Assembly (NCBI GenBank): GCA_052326445.1
Contig: JBKQNC010000017.1
Location: 129,227 to 193,226 of the forward strand
Length of the DNA: 64,000 bases
Direction: 5' to 3'
Origin: Thermoplasmata archaeon
GTDB taxonomy: Archaea > Thermoplasmatota > Thermoplasmata > Lutacidiplasmatales > UBA184
The stretch's first letter is position 1. Each line of letters starts with the position of its first letter. The translations under genes and the position numbers were made by a program. Below, piece by piece: positions 28,332 through 38,471 of the stretch. The notes beneath the pieces were generated by a model, which was not told where the DNA came from, made no database searches, and saw only the letters and a program-made list of their open reading frames with translations.

Positions 28332-29423
28332 ATGCTCGTCGAAGGGGCAATCCTGGACCGTGACGGCGCGCGGCCGGCGGGGGTCCGCCTTCGGGAGGGC
28401 CGGGTCGTGGAGGTCGGCCGTCGCGGCACGCTCCGTCCCCGCTCGGGGGAGCGACGGGTCCGGGGGATCGTCATCCCGGCCCCCATCAACGCCCACACGC
28501 ACCTCGGTGACGCCGTCTCCGTACGCGAGCCTCCTTCCGGCCCGGTCGAGGACCTGGTGGCGAACCCGGGCGGCTACAAGTTCGCGATGTTGGCCGCGAG
28601 CCGCCCCGCGGAGAAGGTCCGCGCGATGCGCGACGCGATGTGGCGGATGGCGCGGGAGGGCACCGAGGCCGTCTTCGATTTCCGGGAAGAGGGGATCGAA
28701 GGGGTCCGACTCCTCCGACGCGCCGCGCGGGGAGTGCCGATCCGGGTCCTCATCCTCGGGCGTCCCCTCGAGCGACCGGTCGAGGGCCGCGAATTGCGCG
28801 ACCTGTTGGCCGAAGCGGACGGGGTCGGCCTCTCCTCCGCCCGGGACGAGACCGAAACGACCCGGCGCCTCGTCGCGCGGGCCTGCCGGTCCGCGCACAA
28901 GCGATTCGCCCTGCACGCGAGCGAGGCGGTTCGGGAGCGTCCCGAGACGTTCCTCGACCCCAAACCCGACCTCCTCATCCATCTCGCCAAGGCGACCGAA
29001 GAGGACCTGGAGGCCGTCGCGAAGGCTCGCGTGACGGTCGCCGTGTGCCCGCGTTCGAACGCCCTCTTCGGCCGGCAGCCGGACCTCGCGGCCATGGAAC
29101 GCACGGGGATCTCCCTCATGATCGGCACCGACAACGCGATGTTCCACGCGCCGTCGCTCTGGAGCGAGCTCCAGTTCGCCTACGTGGCGACGCGGCTCCG
29201 GAGCCGACCGGTCTCGGCGGCGTACCTGGCGGAGGCCGCGCTCGTCGAGCCATACCGGTGGCTCGGGATCCCGGACGCCGCCTCGATCTCGGTCGGTTCC
29301 CCCGCGCAACCGCTCGTGGTCCGGTTGCCTCCGGACGACCCCGCCTACCAGGTCGTCACCCGGGCCACCGAACAACTTATCGTCCGTCCGGCCCGCCCTC
29401 CCGGAGCGAGCCTTCCCCGATGA
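28332..29423 (+). CDS. Amidohydrolase (deaminase-like, COG0402)
   Basis: NAHTHLGD, HASE, LIH, CPRSN, GTDN; ATG at 28332. Confidence 0.85.
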   Translation: MLVEGAILDRDGARPAGVRLREGRVVEVGRRGTLRPRSGERRVRGIVIPAPINAHTHLGDAVSVREPPSGPVEDLVANPGGYKFAMLAASRPAEKVRAMRDAMWRMAREGTEAVFDFREEGIEGVRLLRRAARGVPIRVLILGRPLERPVEGRELRDLLAEADGVGLSSARDETETTRRLVARACRSAHKRFALHASEAVRERPETFLDPKPDLLIHLAKATEEDLEAVAKARVTVAVCPRSNALFGRQPDLAAMERTGISLMIGTDNAMFHAPSLWSELQFAYVATRLRSRPVSAAYLAEAALVEPYRWLGIPDAASISVGSPAQPLVVRLPPDDPAYQVVTRATEQLIVRPARPPGASLPR

Positions 29424-30925
29424 AGATCGACGAGCTGTTCGCACTCCTCCGGCGACGAGGGGTGCTCTGGCCCTCCGCCGAGGTTTACGGCGGTACGCAA
29501 GGTCTGTACGACTACGGCCCGCTCGGAACGGCGCTCAAGCGCCGCGTCGAGGATGCCTGGGCCGCCTGGTTCGTCGGGCTCTCCCACGACTATCACCGGA
29601 TCGAGCCCGCCGAGATCCTGCCGGAAGCGGTCGTCCGGGCCTCGGGGCACCTCGAGAACTTCACCGACCCCGAGGTCACCTGCGAATCCTGCCACGCGGT
29701 GTCGCGCGCCGACTCGGTCCTCGCGAAGATCCGACCGGAAGGGGTCGACGGACTCACGCCGGTCCAGATCGCCGAGATCATCCAGACGAAGGGGGGTCGG
29801 TGCCCGTCCTGCGGGTCGACCTCGCTGAGCGTTCCCCGACCGTTCAACCTGATGTTCGGGGTCGACCTCGGGGTCACCGGGAAGGAGCGGGCCTACCTGC
29901 AGCCCGAGACCGCGCAGGGAAGCTACCTTTCCTTCCCCCGCATGTGGGATGTCGGCCGACACGCCCTCCCGCTCGGGATCGCCGTCATCGGGAAGGCGTA
30001 CCGGAACGAGATCGCCCCCCGCCAGGTCCTCTTCCGGATGCGGGCCTTCACCCAGGCGGAGCTCCAGATCTTCTTCGACCCCGCCGGCTTCCCCGTACCC
30101 TTCGACCGGGTCCGGGACGACCTCCTGCCGATGCTCCGCGTTCCCCGGCGCGAGGCCGGGGAGGAGACCCCCGAGCCGGTCCGTGCGGGCGAGCTCGTCG
30201 ATTCGGGGGCGCTCCCCGAGTTCTACGTGTACCACCTCGCGCACACCGTTCGCTTCTACCGGGACGTGCTGGGCTACCCCGCCGACCGAATCCGGCTCTT
30301 CGAAAAGTCCGACGCCGAGCGGGCGTTCTACAACAAGATCCAGTTCGACGTCGAGGTGCGGCTCGACAGCCTGGGCGGCTACAAGGAGCTGGGCGCCGTC
30401 CACTACCGCGGGAACTACGACCTGAGCCGCCATTCCCAGGGCTCGGGGAAGGACCTCTCGGTCCATCCGACCGGGCGCGAGGCGCTGCTCCCGCACGTCC
30501 TCGAGCTGACGTTCGGGGTCGACCGGAATGTCTGGGCGCTCGCGGACGTCCACCTCACGAAGGAAGGCGAGCGTTCCCTCTGGAAGCTCCCCGCGTTCCT
30601 CGCTCCGGTGGCGGTCGGGGTTTTCCCGCTCATCGAGAAGGAACACTCCGAGTTCGCTCTGCGGCTCGTCGACGAGCTCGCCTCCGCCGGCATCCCGGCG
30701 GCCTACGATGGCGCGAGCTCGATCGGCAAGCGCTACGCCCGCATGGACGAGGCCGGGGCGCCGTTCTGCGTCACCGTGGACGGGGAGACGGTGGCCGAGG
30801 GACCCACCCGGGGCACGGTCACCCTCCGTCAGCGGGACTCGAAGGCCCAGGAACGGGTGCCGGCGGTAGAACTCCCCGCCCGGATCGTGCCGGTCTTGCG
30901 TCCCCCGCGACCCCGCCGCGACTAG
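29420..30925 (+). CDS. glyS: Glycine-tRNA ligase (archaeal/eukaryal type)
   Basis: YDYGPLG, ASGH.ENF.D, YLQPETAQG, GKAYRNEIAPR, SIGKRYARMDE; ATG at 29420. Confidence 0.95.
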   Translation: MKIDELFALLRRRGVLWPSAEVYGGTQGLYDYGPLGTALKRRVEDAWAAWFVGLSHDYHRIEPAEILPEAVVRASGHLENFTDPEVTCESCHAVSRADSVLAKIRPEGVDGLTPVQIAEIIQTKGGRCPSCGSTSLSVPRPFNLMFGVDLGVTGKERAYLQPETAQGSYLSFPRMWDVGRHALPLGIAVIGKAYRNEIAPRQVLFRMRAFTQAELQIFFDPAGFPVPFDRVRDDLLPMLRVPRREAGEETPEPVRAGELVDSGALPEFYVYHLAHTVRFYRDVLGYPADRIRLFEKSDAERAFYNKIQFDVEVRLDSLGGYKELGAVHYRGNYDLSRHSQGSGKDLSVHPTGREALLPHVLELTFGVDRNVWALADVHLTKEGERSLWKLPAFLAPVAVGVFPLIEKEHSEFALRLVDELASAGIPAAYDGASSIGKRYARMDEAGAPFCVTVDGETVAEGPTRGTVTLRQRDSKAQERVPAVELPARIVPVLRPPRPRRD

Positions 30926-30993
30926 GCGCCGCTGGGCCCCTGTTTCCGGCCGGTAACAACGGCTATATCGCGAGGCTCGGTGACACCGCCTCG

Positions 30994-31623
30994 ATGGCGG
31001 CCGGCGGCAGCACTCCTCCCGAGGGCACGGGGTCGGCCACACCACTCGCCGCGCGCCGTTCCCGCTGGATGGGCCAGCAGTACGCGGACATCACGAAACT
31101 GCGCGAGTACGCTGCCCGGCACGACCGGGCGGCCGTCCGGGCGCAGCAGCGCGTCGCGCGGATCAACACCCGGATCGAAAAGCTCCGGCACCAGGCCACC
31201 CTCCTTCGGGAGAAGGCCCAGAAAGTGCTCGCCGAGATCCCCGAGATCGAGCAGCAGATGAGCCAGCACGAACGGGACATCAACGCCGCCACGGGCGGGA
31301 GGGTCGGCGTCGCCGTGACGAGCGACGTCACGAGCCTGCACTATCGCATCCGAAAGCTCCAGCAGAAGGTCGTCGACAAGCAGCAGAAGGCGCGGCACCT
31401 CGAGCTGCGGGCGGCCCAACGGACGCAGAAGACCGCGGAGCTGAAGGTGAAGGTCGACCGATTCACCGAAGCGTCCCGGCTCGAAGAACAGGAGGCTGCC
31501 TCGTTCCGACAGCGCGCCGACCGGCTGCAGATGGTGACGGAGGGCGACGTCGCGGCCCACCTGACCCAGGGCGCACCGGCCCCGAAGGGCGCCGCGGACG
31601 AGCCACCGCCTCCCCCACCATGA
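30994..31623 (+). CDS. Hypothetical coiled-coil protein
   Basis: Q/K/R/E-rich helical sequence with host-like codon use; ATGA overlap with the next gene. Confidence 0.7.
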   Translation: MAAGGSTPPEGTGSATPLAARRSRWMGQQYADITKLREYAARHDRAAVRAQQRVARINTRIEKLRHQATLLREKAQKVLAEIPEIEQQMSQHERDINAATGGRVGVAVTSDVTSLHYRIRKLQQKVVDKQQKARHLELRAAQRTQKTAELKVKVDRFTEASRLEEQEAASFRQRADRLQMVTEGDVAAHLTQGAPAPKGAADEPPPPPP

Positions 31624-32177
31624 AGCTGATCGTCACGGTCGGGATGCCCGGCTCCGGCAAGGACGAGCTGCTCGAGATCGCACGCTCGATCGGCCTCGCG
31701 ACCCTGAAGATGGGCGACCTCGTCCGGGACGAGACCCGGCGCCGGGGCCTCCCGCTCACGAGCCAGAACGTCGGGCGGATCGCCTCGGAGGAGCGCGACA
31801 AGCATGGCGGCGGGGTCTGGGCCCAGCGGGCGCTTCCGAAGCTGACCGAGACCCGCATGCTCGTGGACGGGTGCCGCTCGGATACCGAGGTCACGGTGTT
31901 CCGCCACAACTTCGGCGACCTCTTCGTCCTGGGGATCTTCGCCTCTCCCGACACCCGGTACGACCGGATGAGTTCCCGGGCGCGCGGCGACGACGGCGGG
32001 ACGCTCCAGGATTTCTTCGACCGCGACCGCCGCGAGCTGAAGTGGGGGATCGGGAACGCCTTCGCGCTCGCGGATGGGATGCTGATCAACGAGGGACCGC
32101 TCGACCAGTTCCGCCGGACCGCGCGGGCGGAACTCGAACGGATCCTCGCGACGAAGGACGAGTCCAGCCGGCTCTAG
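31620..32177 (+). CDS. P-loop nucleotide kinase (UPF0200/dephospho-CoA kinase-like)
   Basis: GMPGSGK, MGDLVR, VDG.RS..E, RD.REL.WG. Confidence 0.85.
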   Translation: MKLIVTVGMPGSGKDELLEIARSIGLATLKMGDLVRDETRRRGLPLTSQNVGRIASEERDKHGGGVWAQRALPKLTETRMLVDGCRSDTEVTVFRHNFGDLFVLGIFASPDTRYDRMSSRARGDDGGTLQDFFDRDRRELKWGIGNAFALADGMLINEGPLDQFRRTARAELERILATKDESSRL

Positions 32178-32821
32178 ATCGGGTCGAGGCTCCCCGGGTC
32201 GGGAGCCGCGAGGAGGGACCGGACGCTCTCGAACCGCTCGCGGTCGACCACGACCGCGACCCGCGGATGGCGGGTCGCGAGGAGACGCGCCGCGCGGACC
32301 AGGTGCCGGTCGCGGGCGGCGGCAAAGTTCCGCGAACCCCGTCCGCCGGCGACCGACCGGTCCCATTCGAGGGCGTACTCGTCCGGCGTCGTCGGGGCGG
32401 GGGGGCTCCGGGAGACCCGGCGCTCCCGCACCGTCCGACGCACGAGCTCGACGTAGCCGATGTGGTCGGCGAAGAGGTTCGCGGTCCGGTCCTCGGTCGG
32501 GTCGAGCGCCTCGACCGGTACCTCGCGGGCCCAGCGGAGGAGCTCGACGAACGCGGGGTTCGGGACCCGAACCTCGCCGAACCGGACGAGGCCCCGGATC
32601 TCGCTCCGCTCGGCGGTGGTGAGCGGAACGACCGGCTCCGCGGTCGCGTTGACGAAGTAATCGAGGAGGCCGCGCAACTCGTCCGGCGAGACCCCGAGGC
32701 CGAGCACCGAGGGAGGGGACCGTTCCAACGCCGCCAGGAGCGGCGGGACTTCGGAAGCGAGCCCGCGAACGGGCGCATAGAGCTGGAGGTCCCCGGCCCC
32801 GCCGAGGCGGGCGGTGATCAC
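32174..32821 (-). CDS. Hypothetical protein
   Basis: Globular-looking ORF, GTGA-coupled to the upstream regulator. Confidence 0.65.
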   Translation of the reverse strand: MITARLGGAGDLQLYAPVRGLASEVPPLLAALERSPPSVLGLGVSPDELRGLLDYFVNATAEPVVPLTTAERSEIRGLVRFGEVRVPNPAFVELLRWAREVPVEALDPTEDRTANLFADHIGYVELVRRTVRERRVSRSPPAPTTPDEYALEWDRSVAGGRGSRNFAAARDRHLVRAARLLATRHPRVAVVVDRERFESVRSLLAAPDPGSLDPI

Positions 32822-33819
32822 GGTCCTTCGCGCTCCGTGAGTTCGCCCATGAGCTCATCCGGGTCCCGGTGTCGCCGGAGCTCGCGGACGTTCAGGATTG
32901 GAAGTCCCCCGATGGAGGGGCGGTGGACCGACTCCGCGACGATGAACATCGCATGGCCCTCCGCGACGCGGGCGAGCGCGGCGAGGATCTCGGCCCGGTG
33001 CAGCGCCGTGCGCAGGCTGCCGACCCCGGTGAGCAGGATCTCGGGCGCCCGCGCGAACGCATCGAACGGGGCTCGCACGGTCACGGTTACTTCGAGGCCC
33101 ATCTCGTTCAGCTCGTCCAGGACCCCGTCCCGGAGCGGGTCTCCAGTGTGAGAGCGGGGATGCTCCGTCGTCGTCCGGCCCCCCTCGGTGGATTCGGATT
33201 CGTCCGCCTTGCCGGCGGGGGTCTGAAGGATCGTCCGGGGCGGGTCGAAGATCGTCAGCGGCGAGACCAGCGGTTCCCCGAGGAAGGTTTCCATCCGCTC
33301 GACGATGGTGACCTCGGCGCCCGCGCCCTCCTCGTAGAGCTGGATCGCGCGGCGGGAGACGCCCGCGACGCCGGCGAGCGTGCCGAGCGAGAGGCCGCGC
33401 TCGTTGCGGAGGGCTCGGAGGCGCTCGCCCGAGATGCGGGCGAAGATCCCGCCCGGGCTGGCATACAGGAACGGCGGGAGGCCCTTGTCGAGGTACTCCC
33501 CGAGGGTCTCCTCGGTCACGATCGGAACCCCGTACCGCGTGTAGACGACGCCCGGGTCGAGCTCCGCGGACCCCGAGGCCTCGCCCACGATCAGTACCGT
33601 CGCCGGGAAGAGACGGCCGAGCTCGAGGAGGCGCGCGGCCTCCTCGGACCCGAGCGCGTCGATGTTCTTCAAGACCTTGACGAGGAAGAGGGCGGCGTCC
33701 CGCCGGGCGGCGAGGTCGAAGCTGGACGGGCGCACACCGTGGGTGTCCGCGACGTAGAACCCGGCACGCTCCAGGATCTCCTGGATTCGTTCGATTCGGT
33801 GTTCGCGCGTCTTCGGCAT
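32818..33819 (-). CDS. Archaeal HTH transcriptional regulator (COG1395-like)
   Basis: SFDLAARR, KVL.NID, GVVY.RYG, PGG, Cro-type HTH LSLG.LA...GVSRRAIQLYE. Confidence 0.88.
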   Translation of the reverse strand: MPKTREHRIERIQEILERAGFYVADTHGVRPSSFDLAARRDAALFLVKVLKNIDALGSEEAARLLELGRLFPATVLIVGEASGSAELDPGVVYTRYGVPIVTEETLGEYLDKGLPPFLYASPGGIFARISGERLRALRNERGLSLGTLAGVAGVSRRAIQLYEEGAGAEVTIVERMETFLGEPLVSPLTIFDPPRTILQTPAGKADESESTEGGRTTTEHPRSHTGDPLRDGVLDELNEMGLEVTVTVRAPFDAFARAPEILLTGVGSLRTALHRAEILAALARVAEGHAMFIVAESVHRPSIGGLPILNVRELRRHRDPDELMGELTEREGP

Positions 33820-33839
33820 CGGCGACCCCCTAGAATCCA

Positions 33840-33871
33840 GTTACCTCTCGTATATAAAAACATACGGTAAC
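33840..33871 (-). promoter_or_regulatory. TATA box inside an imperfect inverted repeat
   Basis: Minus-strand TTTTTATATA about 32 nt upstream of ATG 33819, flanked by GTTAC..CGTAT / ATACG-GTAAC. Confidence 0.55.
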
Positions 33872-33943
33872 GACTGTCGGACGTCTCGAGCGTTTCCGGT
33901 CGGGTGGGGGAAGACTATTGGGCCGCGACCGGCTCGGACCCAC

Positions 33944-34771
33944 GTGGCGCCCCACCTGCGTCCCGTGCCGGACGCCCCTGCCTTGATGATCGAGGCAGAG
34001 ACCTCGGGCGACCGTACCCTCGTCATCGCTGACCTCCACCTCGGGCTCGGCGCAAGCCGGGAACGCCCGGGCGGTCCTCCCGAAGGCTCGGGGGTCCGCC
34101 TCACGGAGTCCTTGCTTGCGGTCGCCCACGCGGAACGGGCGAGTCGTATCGTCATCGCGGGCGACGTGAAGCACCCCATCGTCGGCACCCCACCGCCCCT
34201 TCGCCCGGTGGTCTTCGAGTTCTTTCGCGCGATCCTGGCGGCGGGCTACGAGGTCGAGGTCGTGCTCGGGAACCACGATGTCGGCCTCGAGCGTCACCTT
34301 CCGCGAGAAGTCGCGGTACGTCCGGCGACGGGCGCGGTCTACGACCGCGTGGGCGTCTTCCACGGCCATGCCTGGCCGTCGTCCCAGGTCCTGCGCGCCC
34401 CCCAGTTGGTGGCGGGCCATCTCCATCCGGGGTACCGGCTCGCCCCGAGCCCCGACGATCCCACCGGAAAACGGCGATGCTGGGTTCGCCTCGAGCTGCC
34501 TCCGCCCCCCGCCCGCCGCAGCCGGCGGCGACGGCGCCACGAGATCCGGGCGCGGGAGCTCGTCGTGCTCCCCGCCTTCAACCCCCTCGCCGGGACGGAG
34601 GCCCTGAACCGACAACGTCCCGCACGGGGTCGGAGCTTCCTCTACGGTCGATTCCTATCGCGCGGGAGTGCGCGGGCCTACCTCTTGGACGGGACCGACC
34701 TGGGGCTGCTTAGCCTACCGCCCCCGGAACCCCGGCCGCGATCCGCTCGCGCAGCGCGACCGGGTCCGTGA
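33944..34771 (+). CDS. Calcineurin-like metallophosphoesterase (COG1407-like)
   Basis: ADLHLG, GDVKH, GNHD, FHGH, GHLHP, PAFN. Confidence 0.88.
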   Translation: MAPHLRPVPDAPALMIEAETSGDRTLVIADLHLGLGASRERPGGPPEGSGVRLTESLLAVAHAERASRIVIAGDVKHPIVGTPPPLRPVVFEFFRAILAAGYEVEVVLGNHDVGLERHLPREVAVRPATGAVYDRVGVFHGHAWPSSQVLRAPQLVAGHLHPGYRLAPSPDDPTGKRRCWVRLELPPPPARRSRRRRRHEIRARELVVLPAFNPLAGTEALNRQRPARGRSFLYGRFLSRGSARAYLLDGTDLGLLSLPPPEPRPRSARAARPGP

Positions 34772-36815
34772 GCGGCGGGGCGCACGCGTTTCCGAAGCAG
34801 ACCAACGCGCGCGCCGGGGTTCCCGATCCCTCGGGAAAGACCTCGCCCGGAAAGGAGAATGGCGGAGGGGGGTGTCCTTCAAAGACCGCGAGGAGCGGCG
34901 CCCAGGTCCGCCGCGCCGTACGCGCGAGGGCCTCCGCTTCCGGGCCCCGCCCCTCGACGATCACGGTGACCGGCTCGGTTCGGGCGAGACCGGCGGCGAG
35001 CGCCGCGCCGGAGGCGAAGAGACCCGAATTCCCCACCCGGTTCGCGATCGGTCCGAGAAGGCTCACGGCCTTCGCCCGCCATTCGTCCTGGTGGAGGAGT
35101 CCGGCGAGGCGGAGGAAGGCCAGGGCGGCTCCGGAGTTCGCGGACAGGTGGGGACTGTCCTCGAGCGGGTAGCTGGCGTCGGAGAGGGCCCCGAGTGCGG
35201 GGCCATCATAGAGCCGCGGAGAGAGGTCCCGAAGCAGTCCGTCCTCGCCCCGGAACTCCCGGTCCACGAGGGTCAAGAGCTGGGTCGCCGGTTCGAGGTA
35301 CTTCGGGTCCGCGAGCGCCGCGGCGAGCTCGAGCAGGCCTCCCGCGAAGGCGACCTGATCCTCGAGGTGACCGAAGCCGTGCCCTCCGTTCGCGTCGACC
35401 CGGTGGGCGACCCCCCGGTCCGGAGCATAGGCGTGCCGGAGGAATCGGTCCGCCGTGCGACGGGCATCCGCCACGACCGTACTGTCCCCCAGGAACTGGC
35501 CCGCCCGCGCAAAGGCTCCCAGGAACCGCCCGTTGATGTCGGCGTACAACGCCCGGTCGACGGCCGGCATGGGCCGTCGGCCCCGCTCCGTCCGAAGCTG
35601 GGTCAGCACCCGGGCGAGCGCCTTAGCAGGGTCCCGGGAGAGGGGACCTCCCTCCGCCGCCTCCGAGAGAGAGAGCATGCGGAACAGGACGTTCCGGTCC
35701 GGGTCGTGGGGCATCCGACCCTCGGTCCCGACCCCGAAGAAGCGGGTCGTGAAGCGGAACTCGTCGGCGTCGAGTGCCGCCTTGAGCTCGTTCCGGCTCC
35801 ACGTAAAGTAGCCTCCGTCGTCGCCGGGAGCATTGTCGGCGTCCTGGCTCGAGCCGAAGCCCCCGGCGGGGTCCCCCAGCACCTCCCGCACCCAGCCGAC
35901 CGTGCCCCGGACCACCTCCTCGAAACGGGGTTCCTGGAATCGCTGCGCCCCCTCGACATACGCGGCGAGGAGGGCGGCGTTGTCGACGCCCATCTTCTCG
36001 AAGTGGGGGATATGCCAGCCTTCATCGACGGAGTAGCGGTGGAATCCGCCGCCGACCTGGTCGTACATGCCCCCGTCCGCCATCCGAAGGAGCGTCTCCC
36101 GGGCGCGCTGGTCGCTCGAAGTGCGCCGATTCGCGAACGCGTCCCAGAGGAGGAGCGAGACCGCAGTCGGATGAGGGAACTTGGGCGACATCCCGAAGCC
36201 CCCATGCACCGGGTCGAAGCTCGAATGGACCTGGGAGATCACGGCGGACAGAAGGTCGTCGAGCGAATCGCTGCCATGCGCGCGGGACGAGCGCATGCGC
36301 TCGAGGGACCCTTGGATCGCTTCCGAGTTCTCCCGGATCCGCTCGGGCTCCTCCTTCCAGAGTCGGGCGACCTCCGAGAGGACCCGCCGGAAACCGGGGC
36401 GGCCGTGCCCGTCGGTCGGGGGAAAATACGTGCCTCCGAGGAACACCTCACCGGTCGGCATGAGGAAGGCGGTGAGGGGCCATCCTCCCTCGCCCGTGAG
36501 CGCCCCGACCTGACGCTGGTACCGCCGGTCGACCTCGGGGTTCTCGTCGCGGTCGACCTTGACCGCGATGAAATGCTGGCCGAGGAGGCGGGCGACCTCG
36601 GCGTCCGCGTACGTTCCCTCGTCCATCACGTGGCACCAGTGGCACCACGACGCCCCGATGTCGAGCAGGATGGGCCGGCCCGTCCGCTTCGCGAGCTCGA
36701 ACGGCTCCGGTCCCCACGGGAACCAGTCGATCGGCTGCTCGGCGGCGGAGCGGAGGTAGATGGACGTCGCCCCCTCGAGACGGTGGGCGCGCGGGCCGGT
36801 CGGGGGGTCCGACAT
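34710..36815 (-). CDS. YyaL/SSP411-family thioredoxin-domain protein
   Basis: WCHWCHVM, KVDRDE.P.VD, GGWPLT, PKFP, GGGFHRYSVD..W..PHFEKM. Confidence 0.92.
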   Translation of the reverse strand: MSDPPTGPRAHRLEGATSIYLRSAAEQPIDWFPWGPEPFELAKRTGRPILLDIGASWCHWCHVMDEGTYADAEVARLLGQHFIAVKVDRDENPEVDRRYQRQVGALTGEGGWPLTAFLMPTGEVFLGGTYFPPTDGHGRPGFRRVLSEVARLWKEEPERIRENSEAIQGSLERMRSSRAHGSDSLDDLLSAVISQVHSSFDPVHGGFGMSPKFPHPTAVSLLLWDAFANRRTSSDQRARETLLRMADGGMYDQVGGGFHRYSVDEGWHIPHFEKMGVDNAALLAAYVEGAQRFQEPRFEEVVRGTVGWVREVLGDPAGGFGSSQDADNAPGDDGGYFTWSRNELKAALDADEFRFTTRFFGVGTEGRMPHDPDRNVLFRMLSLSEAAEGGPLSRDPAKALARVLTQLRTERGRRPMPAVDRALYADINGRFLGAFARAGQFLGDSTVVADARRTADRFLRHAYAPDRGVAHRVDANGGHGFGHLEDQVAFAGGLLELAAALADPKYLEPATQLLTLVDREFRGEDGLLRDLSPRLYDGPALGALSDASYPLEDSPHLSANSGAALAFLRLAGLLHQDEWRAKAVSLLGPIANRVGNSGLFASGAALAAGLARTEPVTVIVEGRGPEAEALARTARRTWAPLLAVFEGHPPPPFSFPGEVFPEGSGTPARALVCFGNACAPPLTDPVALRERIAAGVPGAVG

Positions 36816-36925
36816 ACCTTGGGCTCGGCCCCCTCGCTCTTACCGTTGTCGGAGGGGAGGCGGCAGCCCGGCCCCCACCGACGCGCCGTAATCGGATGAC
36901 GGCGGCGTAACCGCGCCGGTTCTTC

Positions 36926-36932
36926 TTATAAA
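36926..36932 (+). promoter_or_regulatory. Putative TATA box of the proteasome/exosome operon
   Basis: TTATAAA about 33 nt upstream of the psmA ATG in GC-rich context. Confidence 0.55.
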
Positions 36933-36964
36933 GGGGGCCTGGGTGCCCGAGCGAGGCGGCACCG

Positions 36965-37720
36965 ATGGAGATGCAACCCGGGCAGATGGCCTACGACCGG
37001 GCCATCACGGTCTTCTCGCCCGATGGCCGGCTGTTCCAGGTCGAGTACGCGCGCGAGGCGGTCCGTCGGGGTGCGACCACCGCCGGCGTCGTGTTCAACA
37101 GCGGAGTGGCGCTCATCGCCGACCGCCGGATCCCGAACCCGAAGCTCGCCGAGGCGGCGAGCCTCGAGAAGATCCACCAGATCGATGAGAACATCGCGTG
37201 CGCGACCGCCGGGCTCGTGGCGGACGCCCGCGTGCTGGTCGATTACGCGCGCCTCGCGGCCCAGGTCAACTGGGTCACCTATTCCGAACCGATGTCGGTC
37301 GAGCTCCTGGTGCGCAAGGTCTGCGACTACAAGCAGCAGTACACCCAATTCGGCGGCGTGCGCCCCTTCGGAACCGCCCTGTTGGTCGGAGGGTACGACG
37401 AATCCGGGATCCGCCTCTTCGAGACGGAACCGTCCGGCTCGCTCACCAGTTTCAAGGCGGCCAGCACCGGCGGCAACAAGGGCCCGGTCATGGAACTCTT
37501 CGAGCAGAAGTACAAGCCCGGCTTGGACCGGGACGCCGCGATCCTCCTCGCTCTGGAAGGGTTGCGCGCGGGTCTCGACGAGGGCGGGAGCCTCGCCCAG
37601 GTCGAGGTCTGCACCATGGACGTGGGCCGGGGCATGACCCGGCTCGGGTCCGACGAGATCCAGAAGTACGCGGCACGCCTCCCACCGGCCGCTTCGTCGG
37701 GACGCGCGAACCGCCCCTAG
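36965..37720 (+). CDS. psmA: Proteasome subunit alpha
   Basis: YDRAITVFSPDGRLFQVEYAREAV, YTQFGGVRPFG. Confidence 0.97.
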   Translation: MEMQPGQMAYDRAITVFSPDGRLFQVEYAREAVRRGATTAGVVFNSGVALIADRRIPNPKLAEAASLEKIHQIDENIACATAGLVADARVLVDYARLAAQVNWVTYSEPMSVELLVRKVCDYKQQYTQFGGVRPFGTALLVGGYDESGIRLFETEPSGSLTSFKAASTGGNKGPVMELFEQKYKPGLDRDAAILLALEGLRAGLDEGGSLAQVEVCTMDVGRGMTRLGSDEIQKYAARLPPAASSGRANRP

Positions 37721-37739
37721 TCGAGACGGGGACGACCCG

Positions 37740-38435
37740 ATGGTGAAGGTCGAGGACGCCGTCATCGCCCGCTGGGAGACGGGGGGCTCGCGCTTCGAGG
37801 TTCTGGTCGACCCTCTCGCGGTCCAGGACCTCAAAGAAGGCAAGGACATCAACCTCGCCGACAAGCTGCCCCTCGACCAGGTCTATAAGGACGTCAAGAA
37901 GGGCGACAAGATCTCGGAAGAGTACCTCGAGAAGATCTTCCACACCCGCGACTTCGTCGCGATCGCGAAGCAGATCATCCTGAAGGGCGAGGTCCAGGTC
38001 ACGACGGAGCAACGGCATCAGCTCCAGGCCGTGAAGCACCGCCAGATCGTGCAGACGATCGCGCGGAACGCGATGAACCCCCAGACGGGGGCTCCCCATC
38101 CCACGGCCCGGATCGAGGCGGCGATGCTGGAGGCGAAGGTCCACATCGACCCGTTCAAGCCCGTGGACGCCCAGGTCCAAGAAGTGCTGGACAAGCTGCG
38201 CCCCCTCCTCCCGATCCGCCTGGACGTCGTCCGGGTGCGGATCCGCCTCCCGGCGCAGCACTACCCCCGGGTCATCGGCGACCTGAAAGGGCTCGGTCGG
38301 ATCATGGAAGAGCAGTGGATGGGCGACGGCGCCTGGTCCGGGATCATCGAGATCCCCGCCGGCGTGCAGACCGAGCTGTACGAGAAGCTCAACGCCCGCA
38401 CGCGCGGGGCCGCCGAAACCGCTTTGGTTAAATAG
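37740..38435 (+). CDS. Ribosome maturation factor SBDS
   Basis: AVIAR...G.RFEVLVDP, NPQT.APHP..RIE.AM; conserved position after psmA. Confidence 0.93.
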   Translation: MVKVEDAVIARWETGGSRFEVLVDPLAVQDLKEGKDINLADKLPLDQVYKDVKKGDKISEEYLEKIFHTRDFVAIAKQIILKGEVQVTTEQRHQLQAVKHRQIVQTIARNAMNPQTGAPHPTARIEAAMLEAKVHIDPFKPVDAQVQEVLDKLRPLLPIRLDVVRVRIRLPAQHYPRVIGDLKGLGRIMEEQWMGDGAWSGIIEIPAGVQTELYEKLNARTRGAAETALVK

Positions 38436-38471
38436 CGAGCCCCGGTCGGACGGCCCGGTGCAACACACACA

